A DNA stretch of 64,000 bases, from contig NC_043002.1 in the NCBI RefSeq assembly GCF_006345805.1, forward strand, positions 109,988,001 to 110,052,000, given 5' to 3'. Below, in pieces: positions 24,204 through 35,204 of this stretch (positions within the stretch are counted from its first letter, which is position 1; each line of letters starts with the position of its first letter). The position numbers were made by a program, and so were the translations under genes. The notes beneath the pieces are model-generated. The model was given only the letters and a program-made list of their open reading frames with translations, was not told where the DNA came from and searched no databases. This DNA is from Octopus sinensis (taxonomy: Eukaryota).

Positions 24204-24575
24204 GTATACTCATATATGTACACCCCTCCCCCACAGATACACCTACTTACACATTCAAACAGACAATCTAATTTTTTCTCTTCCTATAAAATCTGAGACT
24301 GTGTGTCTGTGTGCATGATCTTATATTTTCCAATATTGTTTCACCTCACTCAACAGACAAGATATGGAAGTTTCAACACAGTCATATTGAATAATGAGAA
24401 TATGCACAGACTAAGCAAACTCTGAATAATATTGGTTTAAAATTTTAGCACAAGGCCAGAGAACTCTGAATAATATTGAACGAAATTAATAGTCCATCAA
24501 CAGATTTTTGGGCAGTTGTTATCAAATTTCCTTTAAATATTGACTGTTGTAGCTATGTTGTGGTTTATATATCTA

Positions 24576-25271
24576 CTAGCAGTATCGCCCGGCGTTGCTC
24601 GGGTCTGTAAGGGAAATAACTATATAAGCATTTTTAGAGAGTTACTTCCCTTATATAATAGCAAAAAATGCATTAAAAATGGGAAAAAATGATGGTAATT
24701 TTTTTTTTTAATCGTAGACTCATCGTAGACGCGCGCTAATACACAGAAGGCCTCGATATGAATCACGACTATAAGATACCCGGTTTTGGTTAAACTGCAC
24801 CGCAAAATGTGGGAGTAGTTAGGAATCTAAATCGAAGGGGACAGACACAAACTTCACTTTTATATATAACTAGCAGTATCGCCCGGTGTTGCTCGGGTTT
24901 GCAAGGGAAATAACTATATAAGCATTTTTAGAGAGTTATAGCCAAAAAATAGCAAAAAAATGCATTAAAAATGGAAAAAATATGATGGTAATTTTTTTTT
25001 AAATCGTTGACTCATCGTAGACATTTTTAGAGAGTTACTTCCCTTATATAATAGCGAAAAAAATGCATTAAAATGGGAAAAAATGATGGTAACTTATTTT
25101 TAAAATCGTAGACTCATCGTAGATACACGCTAATACCCAGAAGGGCTCGATATGAATCACGACTATAAGATACCCGGTTTTGGTTAAACTGCACCGCAAA
25201 ATGTGGGAGTAGTTAGGAATCTAAATCGTAGGAGACAGACAGACACACAACTTGACTTTTATATATAAAGA
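24576..25271 (-). mobile_element. Head-to-tail pair of non-autonomous Helitrons (24576-24869 and 24870-25271)
   Basis: Two CTAG 3' ends (24576 and 24870), each next to a GCAAC.CCGGGCG segment; A|TC 5' end at 25271; homologous to 17350-17749. Confidence 0.88.
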
Positions 25272-25587
25272 TGCATTGCTATAATTTTGCAACAAAATAT
25301 TATTGTCATGCCAAAACAAATATCAAAACAAGCAAACAAAAACTGGTTTTAAGCTGACAAACATAAAAGAGACGCAATAAGAAGATCAAGGAGATCAAAG
25401 AGCTCTAGGTTTGAACTGCTGCTGATCCTTTACATGACTCAAATACTACCCAGCAGCAGGCCAGTGAGGGAGCCTGTAAGTGGTTTCTTGACCTACTGGA
25501 AATAGTAGACAAATCTTCCTCAAATTACATCATTTGAAATGGGAGAAACACTCTGGATAATATAGTCTTAGATGCACAAGGATAATC

Positions 25588-25965
25588 TATTTCTTCACTA
25601 CCCACAAGGGGCTAAACACAGAGAGGACAAACAAGGACAGACAAAGGGTACTTATTTAATCGACCCCGAAAGATGAAATGCAAAGTCGACCTCGGTGGAA
25701 TTTGAACTCAGAACGTAACAGCAGACGAAATACCTATTTCTTTACTACCCACAAGGGGCTAAACACAGAGAGGACAAACAAGGACAGACAAACGGATTAA
25801 GTCGATTATATCGACCTCAGTGCGTAACTGGTACTTATTTAATTGACCCCAAAAGGACGAAAGGCAAAGTCGACCTCGGCGGAATTTGAACTCAGAACGT
25901 AGCGGCAGACGAAATACCGCAAAGCATTTTGCCCAGCGTGCTAACGATTCTGCCAGCTCGCTGCC
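25588..25965 (-). mobile_element. SINE family C partial dimer
   Basis: A full copy followed by a second 3' portion, all inside a 19-bp TSD TAGATGCACAAGGATAATC (25569-25587 and 25966-25984). Confidence 0.85.
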
Positions 25966-26107
25966 TAGATGCACAAGGATAATCATTACTAGAATGCCAT
26001 AATTCATAAGATGTTCCTAGACAGGGCTGATCTAGGGCTAAACAATAATCTCACCCTTGCTACTGGAGAGGAAATAATATGTTGGACTCTCAACATAATG
26101 TAATAGC

Positions 26108-26357
26108 TTACTCTTTTACTCTCTTTTACTTGTTTCAGTCATCTGTGTTTGTCCCCCTAGCATTGCTTGACAACCGATGCTGGTGTGTTTACGTCCCCGT
26201 CACTTAGCGGTTCAGCAAAAGAGACCGATAGAATAGGTACTGGGCTTACAAAGAATAAGTCCCGGGGTTGAGTTATTCGATTAAAGGCGGTGCTCCAGCA
26301 TGGCCACAATCAAATGACTGAAACAAGTAAAAGAGTAAAAGAGTAAAAGAGAGAGTA
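26108..26357 (+). mobile_element. SINE family D 3' half with an inverted copy of its tail at the 5' side
   Basis: 26108-26142 is the reverse complement of the tail starting at 26314. Confidence 0.8.
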
Positions 26358-26360
26358 ATA

Positions 26361-26410
<50 letters not shown>

Positions 26411-26431
26411 TTGATGATGATGATGATGATG

Positions 26432-26477
<46 letters not shown>

Positions 26478-26497
26478 TGATGATGATGATGATGATG

Positions 26498-26537
<40 letters not shown>

Positions 26538-26590
26538 TGATGATGATAATAATAATAATAATAATAACAATAATAATGAGGATGATGATG

Positions 26591-26654
<64 letters not shown>

Positions 26655-26668
26655 TGATGATGATGATG

Positions 26669-26702
<34 letters not shown>

Positions 26703-26725
26703 TGATGATGAGGATGATGATGATG

Positions 26726-26759
<34 letters not shown>

Positions 26760-26798
26760 TGATGATGAGGATGATGATGATGATGATGAATAATAATA

Positions 26799-26833
<35 letters not shown>

Positions 26834-26855
26834 AATAATAATAATAATAATAATA

Positions 26856-26917
<62 letters not shown>

Positions 26918-26936
26918 AATAATAATAATAATAATA

Positions 26937-26968
<32 letters not shown>

Positions 26969-26990
26969 AATAATAATAATAATAATAATA

Positions 26991-27043
<53 letters not shown>

Positions 27044-27065
27044 AATAATAATAATAATAATAATA

Positions 27066-27115
<50 letters not shown>

Positions 27116-27130
27116 AATAATAATAATAAT

Positions 27131-27162
<32 letters not shown>

Positions 27163-27184
27163 AATAATAATAATAATAATAATA

Positions 27185-27216
<32 letters not shown>

Positions 27217-27271
27217 AATAATAATAATAATAATAATAATATATATATATAATGTGATGATGATGATGATG

Positions 27272-27320
<49 letters not shown>

Positions 27321-27340
27321 TGATGATGATGATGATAATA

Positions 27341-27378
<38 letters not shown>

Positions 27379-27404
27379 TGATGATGATGATGATGATGAT
27401 GATG

Positions 27405-27441
<37 letters not shown>

Positions 27442-27455
27442 TGATGATGATGATG

Positions 27456-27491
<36 letters not shown>

Positions 27492-27510
27492 TGATGATGA
27501 TATAATAATA

Positions 27511-27555
<45 letters not shown>

Positions 27556-27588
27556 TGATGATAATAATAATAATAATAATGAATAATA

Positions 27589-27624
<36 letters not shown>

Positions 27625-27682
27625 TGATGATGATAATAATAGTAATAATAATAATATAATAATAATAATAATGATGATGATG

Positions 27683-27713
<31 letters not shown>

Positions 27714-27740
27714 TAATAATAATAATAATAATAAGTTGAT
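26355..27740. repeat. About 1.4-kb compound (AAT)n/(GAT)n microsatellite
   Basis: Directly visible; it generates the poly-I/M/N/D/S/L ORFs in the track. Confidence 0.98.
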
Positions 27741-27754
27741 TCACTATTGCTTTT

Positions 27755-27960
27755 TTTTTATGGCCTCATTCCCTTAACAATGTTGTTGAATGACATAAGA
27801 CAGGGGTGTAGAATATTTGACAGATCAATCAATCAGCTCCTTTACATGGATGATCCAAAGTTTTTTGTGAAAGATGATCAATAACTTGAACAACTTTTAA
27901 CTTTTATAGTGAAACAACTTGGTGATAATATTGAAATCAATCTGGCCTTGATAAATATTA
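27755..27960 (+). mobile_element. R4/Dong-like RT fragment
   Basis: Manual translation GLIPLTMLLND..GCRIFDRSINQLLYMDDPKFFVK, matching (I/N)HLLYMDDLKL. Confidence 0.7.
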
Positions 27961-27990
27961 TAAACATCAGTATCAGTATTGTCAGCTTCG

Positions 27991-28380
27991 TGGAGGCGCA
28001 ATGGCCCAGTGGTTAGGGCAGCGGACTCGCGGTCATAGGATCGCGGTTTCGATTCCCAGACCGGGCGTTATGAGTGTTTATTGAGCGAAAACACCTAAAA
28101 GCTCCACGAGGCTCCGGCAGGGGATGGTGGTGATCCCTGCTGTACTCTTTCACCACAACTTTCTCTCACTCTTACTTCCCGTTTCTGTTGTACCTGTATT
28201 TCAAAGGGCCGGCCTTGTCACTCTCTGTGTCACGCTGAATATCCCCGAGAACTACGTTAAGGGTACACGTGTCTGTGGAGTGCTCAGCCACTTACACGTT
28301 AATTTCATGAGCAGGCTGTTCCGTTGATTCGGATCAACCGGAACCCTCGTCGTCGTAACCGACGGAGAGCTTCCATCCCA
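27991..28380 (+). mobile_element. tRNA-derived SINE family A (GGAGGCGCAATGGCCCAGTGG head, long tail ending GACGGAG.GCTTCCA)
   Basis: A and B boxes; TSD GTCAGCTTC at 27981-27989 and 28383-28391; five copies in the window. Confidence 0.92.
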
Positions 28381-28389
28381 TAGTCAGCT

Positions 28390-28700
28390 TCATCTTTTTT
28401 GTTTCTCTGTTCTTGATTGTTTTGGCCGCTGCATCATGCCTCATGGGAAGACATTCTTTCACAGTTGGCAATATTGTGTTTTATGTCTTTGGTCTTGGTT
28501 TTGCTTACCTACATTTGTTATCTATCAATGTTTACTGCCTCTTATGTGGTAGGTACTTGATGGAGATCTCTTGTTCTTGATAAATATCAAGTAAAGTCAG
28601 TTGTAGAAATAATCTGTTTTCCATAAAAGTGTGGAGGAGGCAGCAGCACCTGTCTCTAAAGGTAGCAACCATAGGATTAGACACCTTTCTGAAGAACACT
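28390..28700 (-). mobile_element. RLE-type LINE fragment around the CCHC finger
   Basis: Minus-strand translation QEQEISIKYLPHKR..DNKCR*AK...DIKHNIANC resembles the R4-clade QEQEI.TKYL...D.KCRLC...H...C region. Confidence 0.6.
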
Positions 28701-28789
28701 GAATGGCCGAATGCTTGAACATTTCTGTAAACACAACAGTACCAAGAGACTACACTTGGTATCACAAGAAGCCAAGAGATAGGACAGTT

Positions 28790-30400
28790 AAGAGAGGATC
28801 CGACTACTGGAAGCTGAACAAGTCTATTTTGATTTGTGAGGCATACAATAGCCAGTTTAAGGAACTAGTACAGAGGGCATTAACTGGCACTGTGGTTAAT
28901 AACTGGTGGTGGTTTTCCCTCAAGAGAGCCATTCATTTCGAGTCTGTTAGGTTTAGACACCAGATTGGACTAGATAAGGCTAGAATAGAAGGACAGCTAT
29001 TTAAGGACTTAGAAGAGGCATTGAGGTTGGGCTCTGCATCCCACATTCTGGCGGTGAGAATGGCCTTGGACTGTCACCTCAAAGTCAAACATGAGGGGTG
29101 AAGAGTTTGGGTTAAAGTACGTGCATTGGGCCATGAGGAAATTAATGTTGCTGGATGGGCCTGCATGGTAGAAACCCAGCATGGCAATGATGCCACAATA
29201 AGGTCTCTTGTTGATGGCAATGGGAATTTTGTCAAGGGACAGGACGAGATGTGTGAGGCACTTTAAAAGCACTTCACCAAGTTGTTCAGGAGGGGCGGGA
29301 TGCTGGATCATGGTGAGGCACTTAGGGACTTCCTGTCTGGCAGCCCGTGTCTGTCGGCATGAGAGGCTGAGTGCTGTGAAGGACCAGTCACAGCCGAGGA
29401 GGTGATCGAGGTACAAGGCAAATGCCCCAGGGAGACGTCACTGGGTCTACCCTATGAATTTTATAAAAGTATGCCAGACTCGTTCGGACACCTGCTGGCC
29501 AGTGTCTATGCCAATTGGCAGCAGAATGGGAGAATTCCCAAGTCTGTGAGCCAAGGGGTGGTGACGTTGATCAGGAAGGACACATGCAAGGGGGATGAAA
29601 TAAGAAATTTCAGGCCCACAACTCTGTTCAACACAGAGTTATATGGAAGGGAGGAAAGCCACTTGTGAAGTGCTCTGTCAGTTGCCAAAAACTGCTAAAG
29701 GGTGGGTTAGGGATGCCTTGGCTGAAGATGTGAAAATTCGCGTTAAGGTTGAGGCACCTCTGGCTTTATCTGGATGGAGAGCAGGTGTGGTCTCTGCACA
29801 TCCGGTTCTATCTTCTGCAGTTAACATCCTTAACAGACATTGGTACATGGATCAAGCAGAGACCTTGGCTGGGGGACTGGCAATTGGAGTGCCATCAGAT
29901 ACTTCAGTTGCTCTCTCAAGCAGGCAATGCTGGCAGCAGGAGTTCCACCACAGATTTTTATAGCGGGTTAGTGGAGATTATGTCTGAAGACGCCTTGGGG
30001 GAGAGCCTGGGCTATAACGAAAATCAGTTGATTTACCTGTTCAGGAGAAATTTCGGGCTGGGGTATCTGGATAATTACCAGAAATCTGGCTTGGCAGTGC
30101 TTCCATGCAGCATCACCTGTTCGCAATAAACTGTCAAGTCACGGAAGTGCCATCTCGCTGATATGTCCAAGGTGCAGGCAGGACAGGGAAACCGTCTTGC
30201 ATACATTTGTGGAGTGTCTGGAATTAATGAGACCGATAGCTTTTGCAGAACAACTGTTGTCATCGATGGGAAGAGTACAGCTATCAGCTGAGTCTATCAT
30301 CGAGATGTGCCATCTCCTTCCCTTAACAGGGAGAAGAAGGCTTGCTCTTTCTGTGTAGTAGCTATACTGAAAGAAACAGTATGGAAGACACATGTGAAAG
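28790..30400 (+). mobile_element. Tx1/L1-like LINE ORF2 remnant with most of the RT deleted
   Basis: YWKLNKS (APE end), GLPYEFYK...GVVTLIRK...NFRPTTLFN (RT start), then the C-terminal zinc finger CPRC..RETVLHTFVEC at about 30165-30220. Confidence 0.85.
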
Positions 30401-30754
30401 GAATAGTGATGAGTACCTTTGTATCTGGCCAGGGGTTGGTCAACTTTTTTTAGTTACCAGCTCATTAGTAAAATCAGGCTGGAGAAGAGATACCTGTCAT
30501 TTCTAAAATATTCATTGCTCATGTGTGTATTTATCATAGTATTGGTGGCTTTTGAAGCTTTTGCTTTTATCTTTGGCAAGCAGTATTTTTACCCTTCTTT
30601 TATTCATATATTATCTACTTGTTATTACTTATACTAAATAGTAGATAATATATACTATATATTATCTACTATTTATTACTTATTTGAACACCATGCATCC
30701 ATTTCCAAGTAAGTTTATCTTGACCTTTTTGATGCGACTTTCTTAGTTAGTTAA

Positions 30755-31222
30755 TTTTTTGGCTCAAAAAGCAAAAAGCAAGGCCATGTAGGGGGACATG
30801 GAGTTATGTACAGGGTGGTGTTCATGTAAAGAGTTCAGGCCACTTGATTTCAAGGGAGACTTTGAACCGAGCGGTCGTCGGCATCTTCACCATCTCGTCC
30901 GGCAGCTTATTCCATGGATCCGCAACCCGGACGGAGAAAGCCCCTCTCCTTCAATTGAGATGAAATCGTCGCAGATAGAGCTTTTCGGAATTACCCCGCA
31001 GCTGACGCTCTGGAGCAGGAGTGAAGAACAGCTCTTTCGAGAGGTTACACTTTCCGCTTATGATGTTGTGAGCAAGAATGAGATCTCCACGGCATTGTCG
31101 TTTTTCTAGAGAATAAAGGTCGAGCATCTTCAGCCTTTCTTCATAAGACAAATTCTTGAGACCAAGAACCATGCAGGTAGCTAGCTTCTGGACTCTTTCA
31201 AGATGCTGTATGTCTTTGAGGA
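30755..31222 (-). mobile_element. CR1-clade LINE 3' fragment
   Basis: KDIQHLERVQKLAT...LSYEERLKMLDLYSLEKR..RGDLI...LRGNSEKL, the typical CR1 ORF2 C-terminus. Confidence 0.9.
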
Positions 31223-31702
31223 GATAAGGAGAAGAGATAAGGAGATAAGGAGATAAGGAGATAAGAGATAAGAGGAGATAAGGAGATAAGGAGATACTGT
31301 TTTCTTCCTCCATCCCTCTCTAATTCCCTTTTTCTTCTCTCTCCCTCCTTCACCGTTTTCTATCTCTCTCTCTCCTTTTTCTTTCTCTCTCTCTCTCTCT
31401 CTCTCGTTGCTCACGCATGACCATTGTCCCTCTTTCTTTTCCTTGCATGACCATCTTTCTTTTCTTACATGAACATTCAAAAGAGAAGACGTTTTTTCTC
31501 TCTCTTCTATCTTTCTCTTTTCAAAAAATGTTTCTCACTATTTTCATCTCGTTCTGGTCTAACGACCCTCCATATTTATTTTCATTTGGTTTCCTTGTAT
31601 TCCTCCTCTGTCATGTTTTTGCTCCCAACTTTCACCCTCCATAAATCCTAAAATCTATTATAATTACTTAATTGAATGCCATACATTCATTTATCTAAAC
31701 AA

Positions 31703-32120
31703 GGCGCATGAGTGGCTGTGTGGTATGAAGCTTGCTTACCAACCACATGGTTCCGGGTTCAATCCCACTGCGTGGCATCTTGGGCAAGTGTCTTCTGCTA
31801 TAGCCCTGGGCCGACCAATGCCTTGTGAGTGGATTTGGTAGACGGAAACTGAAAGAAGCCTGTCGTATATATGTATATATATATGTATGTATGTGTGTGT
31901 ATATGTTTGTGTGTCTGTGTTTGTCCCCCCTAGCATTGCTTGACAACCGATGCTGGTGTGTTTATGTCCCCGTCACTTAGTGGTTCAACAAAAGACTCCG
32001 ATAGAATAAGTACTGGGCTTACAAAAGAATAAGTCCCGGGGTCGAGTTGCTCGGCTAAAGGCGGTGCTCCAGCATGGCCGCAGTCAAATGACTGAAACAA
32101 GTAAAAGAGAGAGAGTAAAG
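31703..32120 (+). mobile_element. SINE family D, full length
   Basis: Head-to-tail match. Confidence 0.9.
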
Positions 32121-32700
32121 AGTATATATATATATATATATGAATACCTACATTCATACAGACATTCATATATATTCACATCAGTTTGTTTTTATGTTAT
32201 TCTTTTTCTTGGTTTCACCCAGTTTTCCATGGCCATGCTGGGCATATCTATGATTGTTAAAGTTCAGCTATCAATTTTCTGTATGTAATAGCAGCTGGAT
32301 TGACCCTGGGGCATTACAACCAGCAACAATAATTTTATTCATTAATCTAATGAATATAGTCAATCCCCATACGTTTTTAAACCCTGGAGTATAAAGAGAA
32401 ACCATGACAGACTGTAATTGGAAAGAAAGGAGTGAGACCAAAAGGAATCATGTTGTTGGAGAGAGGAAGGATCAGGGGTGTGTTCAGAATTAATGTTGAA
32501 AAAAACACAAGGGGGGAAAATGAAAGAGTAAAGGAGGTTATGCCTGTTTATGCATGGACTCATATTAACCAGTCTCTTAGCCACTTGGGAATCTTGGGGT
32601 GGTGCAGCCATGCAGCCTATCTAGGGCTAGACTTATTTCTACAGCTGAGTGGACTGGAACAACGTGAAATGAAGTGTTTTTCTCAACAATACAACATATA

Positions 32701-32921
32701 TATGTATGTGTGTTTGTGTTTGTGTGTCTGTGTTTGTCCCCCTAGCATTGCTTGACAACTGATGCTGGTGTGTTTATATCCTTGTCACTTAGCGGTTCAG
32801 CAAAAGAGTCCAATAGAATAAGTACTGGGCTTACAAAAGAATAAGTCCCAGGGTCGAGTTGCTCGACTAAAGGCGGTGCTCCAGCATGGCCGCAGTCAAA
32901 TGACCGAAACAAGTAAAAGAG
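32701..32921 (+). mobile_element. SINE family D, 3' half
   Basis: Match from the internal microsatellite to the tail. Confidence 0.85.
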
Positions 32922-33892
32922 ATATGTCTGTGTGCATATAAATAATCATTTCTTGGGGTAAAAAGTACATATAGTTGGGATTGTCTTTTGCATTCATCTT
33001 TTAGTTTGCCTGTCTCTATACTGGTATATTTGTGTGAGTTGATATTGTTGAATGTATGTGCAGTTGTCTAATTTATATATTTGCGCTCATGTGTGCACCT
33101 ATGAATGTGTATTGATGTATATATATTTGTATGTATAGCTGTATGTATGAGCATGGATATATATGTGTCCGTTATATGAGTGCATGAATACAAATGTAAA
33201 GCTACAGCTGTATATCTCTGGATGTAGTTTTTCACCCTCAAACTCTATTATGTTATTCTGCATATAACTAACTCTATTTAAATGCTTTCTACAATAAACA
33301 TGCACCTCATTTAAAGTCTCTGAGAAAGCTAAAGATGTTACATATCATTCAGCTCTGAGTGCAATGTTTCTCATAGCAGAAACAGCTATAAGCTAATGAA
33401 ATCTTAAATATAGAGTTTAAGTGGAGGAAGTAAAGGAGTATATTTGTGCATTACTTAAGTACTTTATAGTATTGATGGATAAAGTGGAAAGAAATTTTGT
33501 TATTACTAAAAGTACTTATTAAATTATATTAGATTATGAGTTGGGATTAAGCTTTAAAGGTAATAATTCATATATGGTTGTACCTGATAATGCTAACAAC
33601 ATAAGAGAATTAATATCTGATATGGAAAAGTTGAGTAGTTCTAGCATGGAAGAGTTAGATAAGGTTACCTCAAAGTTCTTTGGGTTCCAAAATTACACAG
33701 TTGTGTACCAGTTGATTACCACCCCTTTTTCTCAGACATTCTGTATCTCAAAATACATTATTCAATGTATCTTAATCTTTCCACTTCTGTTATTGAGGTA
33801 GGATGGGATTTTAAGGAGTTTTAGATCTTAAATATACAAGTCAGTTGAGCAGGTAGAGGTTCGTGTTTATTATAGCTGTTATATTTTCAGGA

Positions 33893-34272
33893 ACAACATC
33901 GAACCAAATGAAATCAGTCATGGCTGATGCCAGTGTCACATAACTTGATGTGCTGGTGGCACATAAAAAGCACCCTTCGAACTTTAAGCCTCACAGAGGT
34001 AGTGACAAGTGACGAAGACCTATGGCAATACACCATACTTGAGAAGACCTGTCAAGTCAAGTGAGATCGTAGTCATAGTCAATGCTGGTGTTTTGTGACT
34101 AGCACCCGTGCTGGTGACATGTGGAAAGCACTTGCTACACCTGGTTGACATTAGGAAGGGCATCCAATTTTAGAAACCATGCCAAATCAGAATGGAGCCT
34201 GGTGCAGCTCTCCTGCTTACCAGTTTTCAGTCAAACCGTTCAACCTACGCCAGCATGGAAAACAGACGTTAA

Positions 34273-34308
<36 letters not shown>
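33893..34308 (+). mobile_element. RTE family 1 3' UTR fragment with (GAT)n tail
   Basis: Ends CCAGCATGGAAAACAGACGTTAAATGATGATG, like 43730, 59345 and 61590. Confidence 0.8.
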
Positions 34309-34419
34309 AATTAAGTACCTTGTCGCATTTGTTCTACTTTTAACATCTTGCATTCAAATCCTGCAATGGTCAACTTCCTTTTTTAACTTTCCAGCACTAG
34401 CACACTCATCAAGTATTAA

Positions 34420-34634
34420 CCCTTTAGTGTTCGCATTACTTCTTTTTATTCCTTTTTTATTCACATTGTTTTGAACTAATCATGCATTATCTTGTAGCTA
34501 TGAGATTTTGATGAGGTTGCTGTTAATTTTTAAAACGATATTGTAGGGTTGGTGTGAGAGACCAGATATGGCCAGTTTGAACATAAACAGGTAGAATATT
34601 TTTGGCCGGATATGTCCGGTTTAAATGCTAAAGG
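34420..34634. mobile_element. piggyBac-type MITE
   Basis: TTAA on both sides (34416-19 and 34635-38); ends CCCTTTAG...CTAAAGG. Confidence 0.75.
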
Positions 34635-35182
34635 TTAAGGTCAATTTAATAAACTACAAATCAGGAGCTAGAGTTCCTAAAGTAGTCTGATGGTATCTTC
34701 AGCTTCATTTTGGGAATTCCTGCTATAACACTTGTGTGCCAAGCTACATCTGTCTTTATACTTCCCTTGGGAATCATTAGTGGCGAGGAGAGGGTAGGCC
34801 TGTGGCATCTTCCATACAACCGTGTTCAGACCTACATTCTAGAGAATATACTCCTGCATTGCCAAATGGTATACTGCCAATTCAGATTGAGGGTAGACTT
34901 TCCATGTGCAAAGCCATGGACTTATAGACATATCAAAGAAGAAGATAAAGGAGGAAGAGAAGATACAAGGAGGAAGAAAGTAAGAAGGAGGAGAGGGGGA
35001 AGAAGAACTGGGGAAAAAGAGAAAATGAAGGGGAAGAAGAAATATCTCCATTAATTGTTTATTAGAGTTCTTGTTATGTTTTCTGCTAATGTGTACTTTT
35101 AAATGATATATCAATTATTGAAGATGTTCTAATATATAGATGACCCTTGATGATAGTGTCAGAACAGTTCTCACAAACTCAC

Positions 35183-35204
35183 CTGACTGTTTATATCTTC
35201 ATGT
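35183..35204 (-). other. Candidate 22-nt micro-exon (ACATGAAGATATAAACAGTCAG)
   Basis: Long pyrimidine-rich acceptor (ttttctatttgtattttAG) and consensus donor CAG|GTGAGT, same strand as the EGF exons; open only in phase 2->0 (HEDINSQ). Confidence 0.4.

Noticed and set aside
26281-27744. Poly-I/L/S/M/N/D ORFs
   Set aside because: Translation products of the AAT/GAT microsatellite.
27991-28070. tRNA gene
   Set aside because: The tRNA-like head continues into a 300-bp body with tail and TSD in several copies, so it is a SINE.
28508-28727. Apparent minus-strand exon with a GTAAGC donor
   Set aside because: All three frames contain stops, and the sequence is better explained as an RLE-LINE zinc-finger region.
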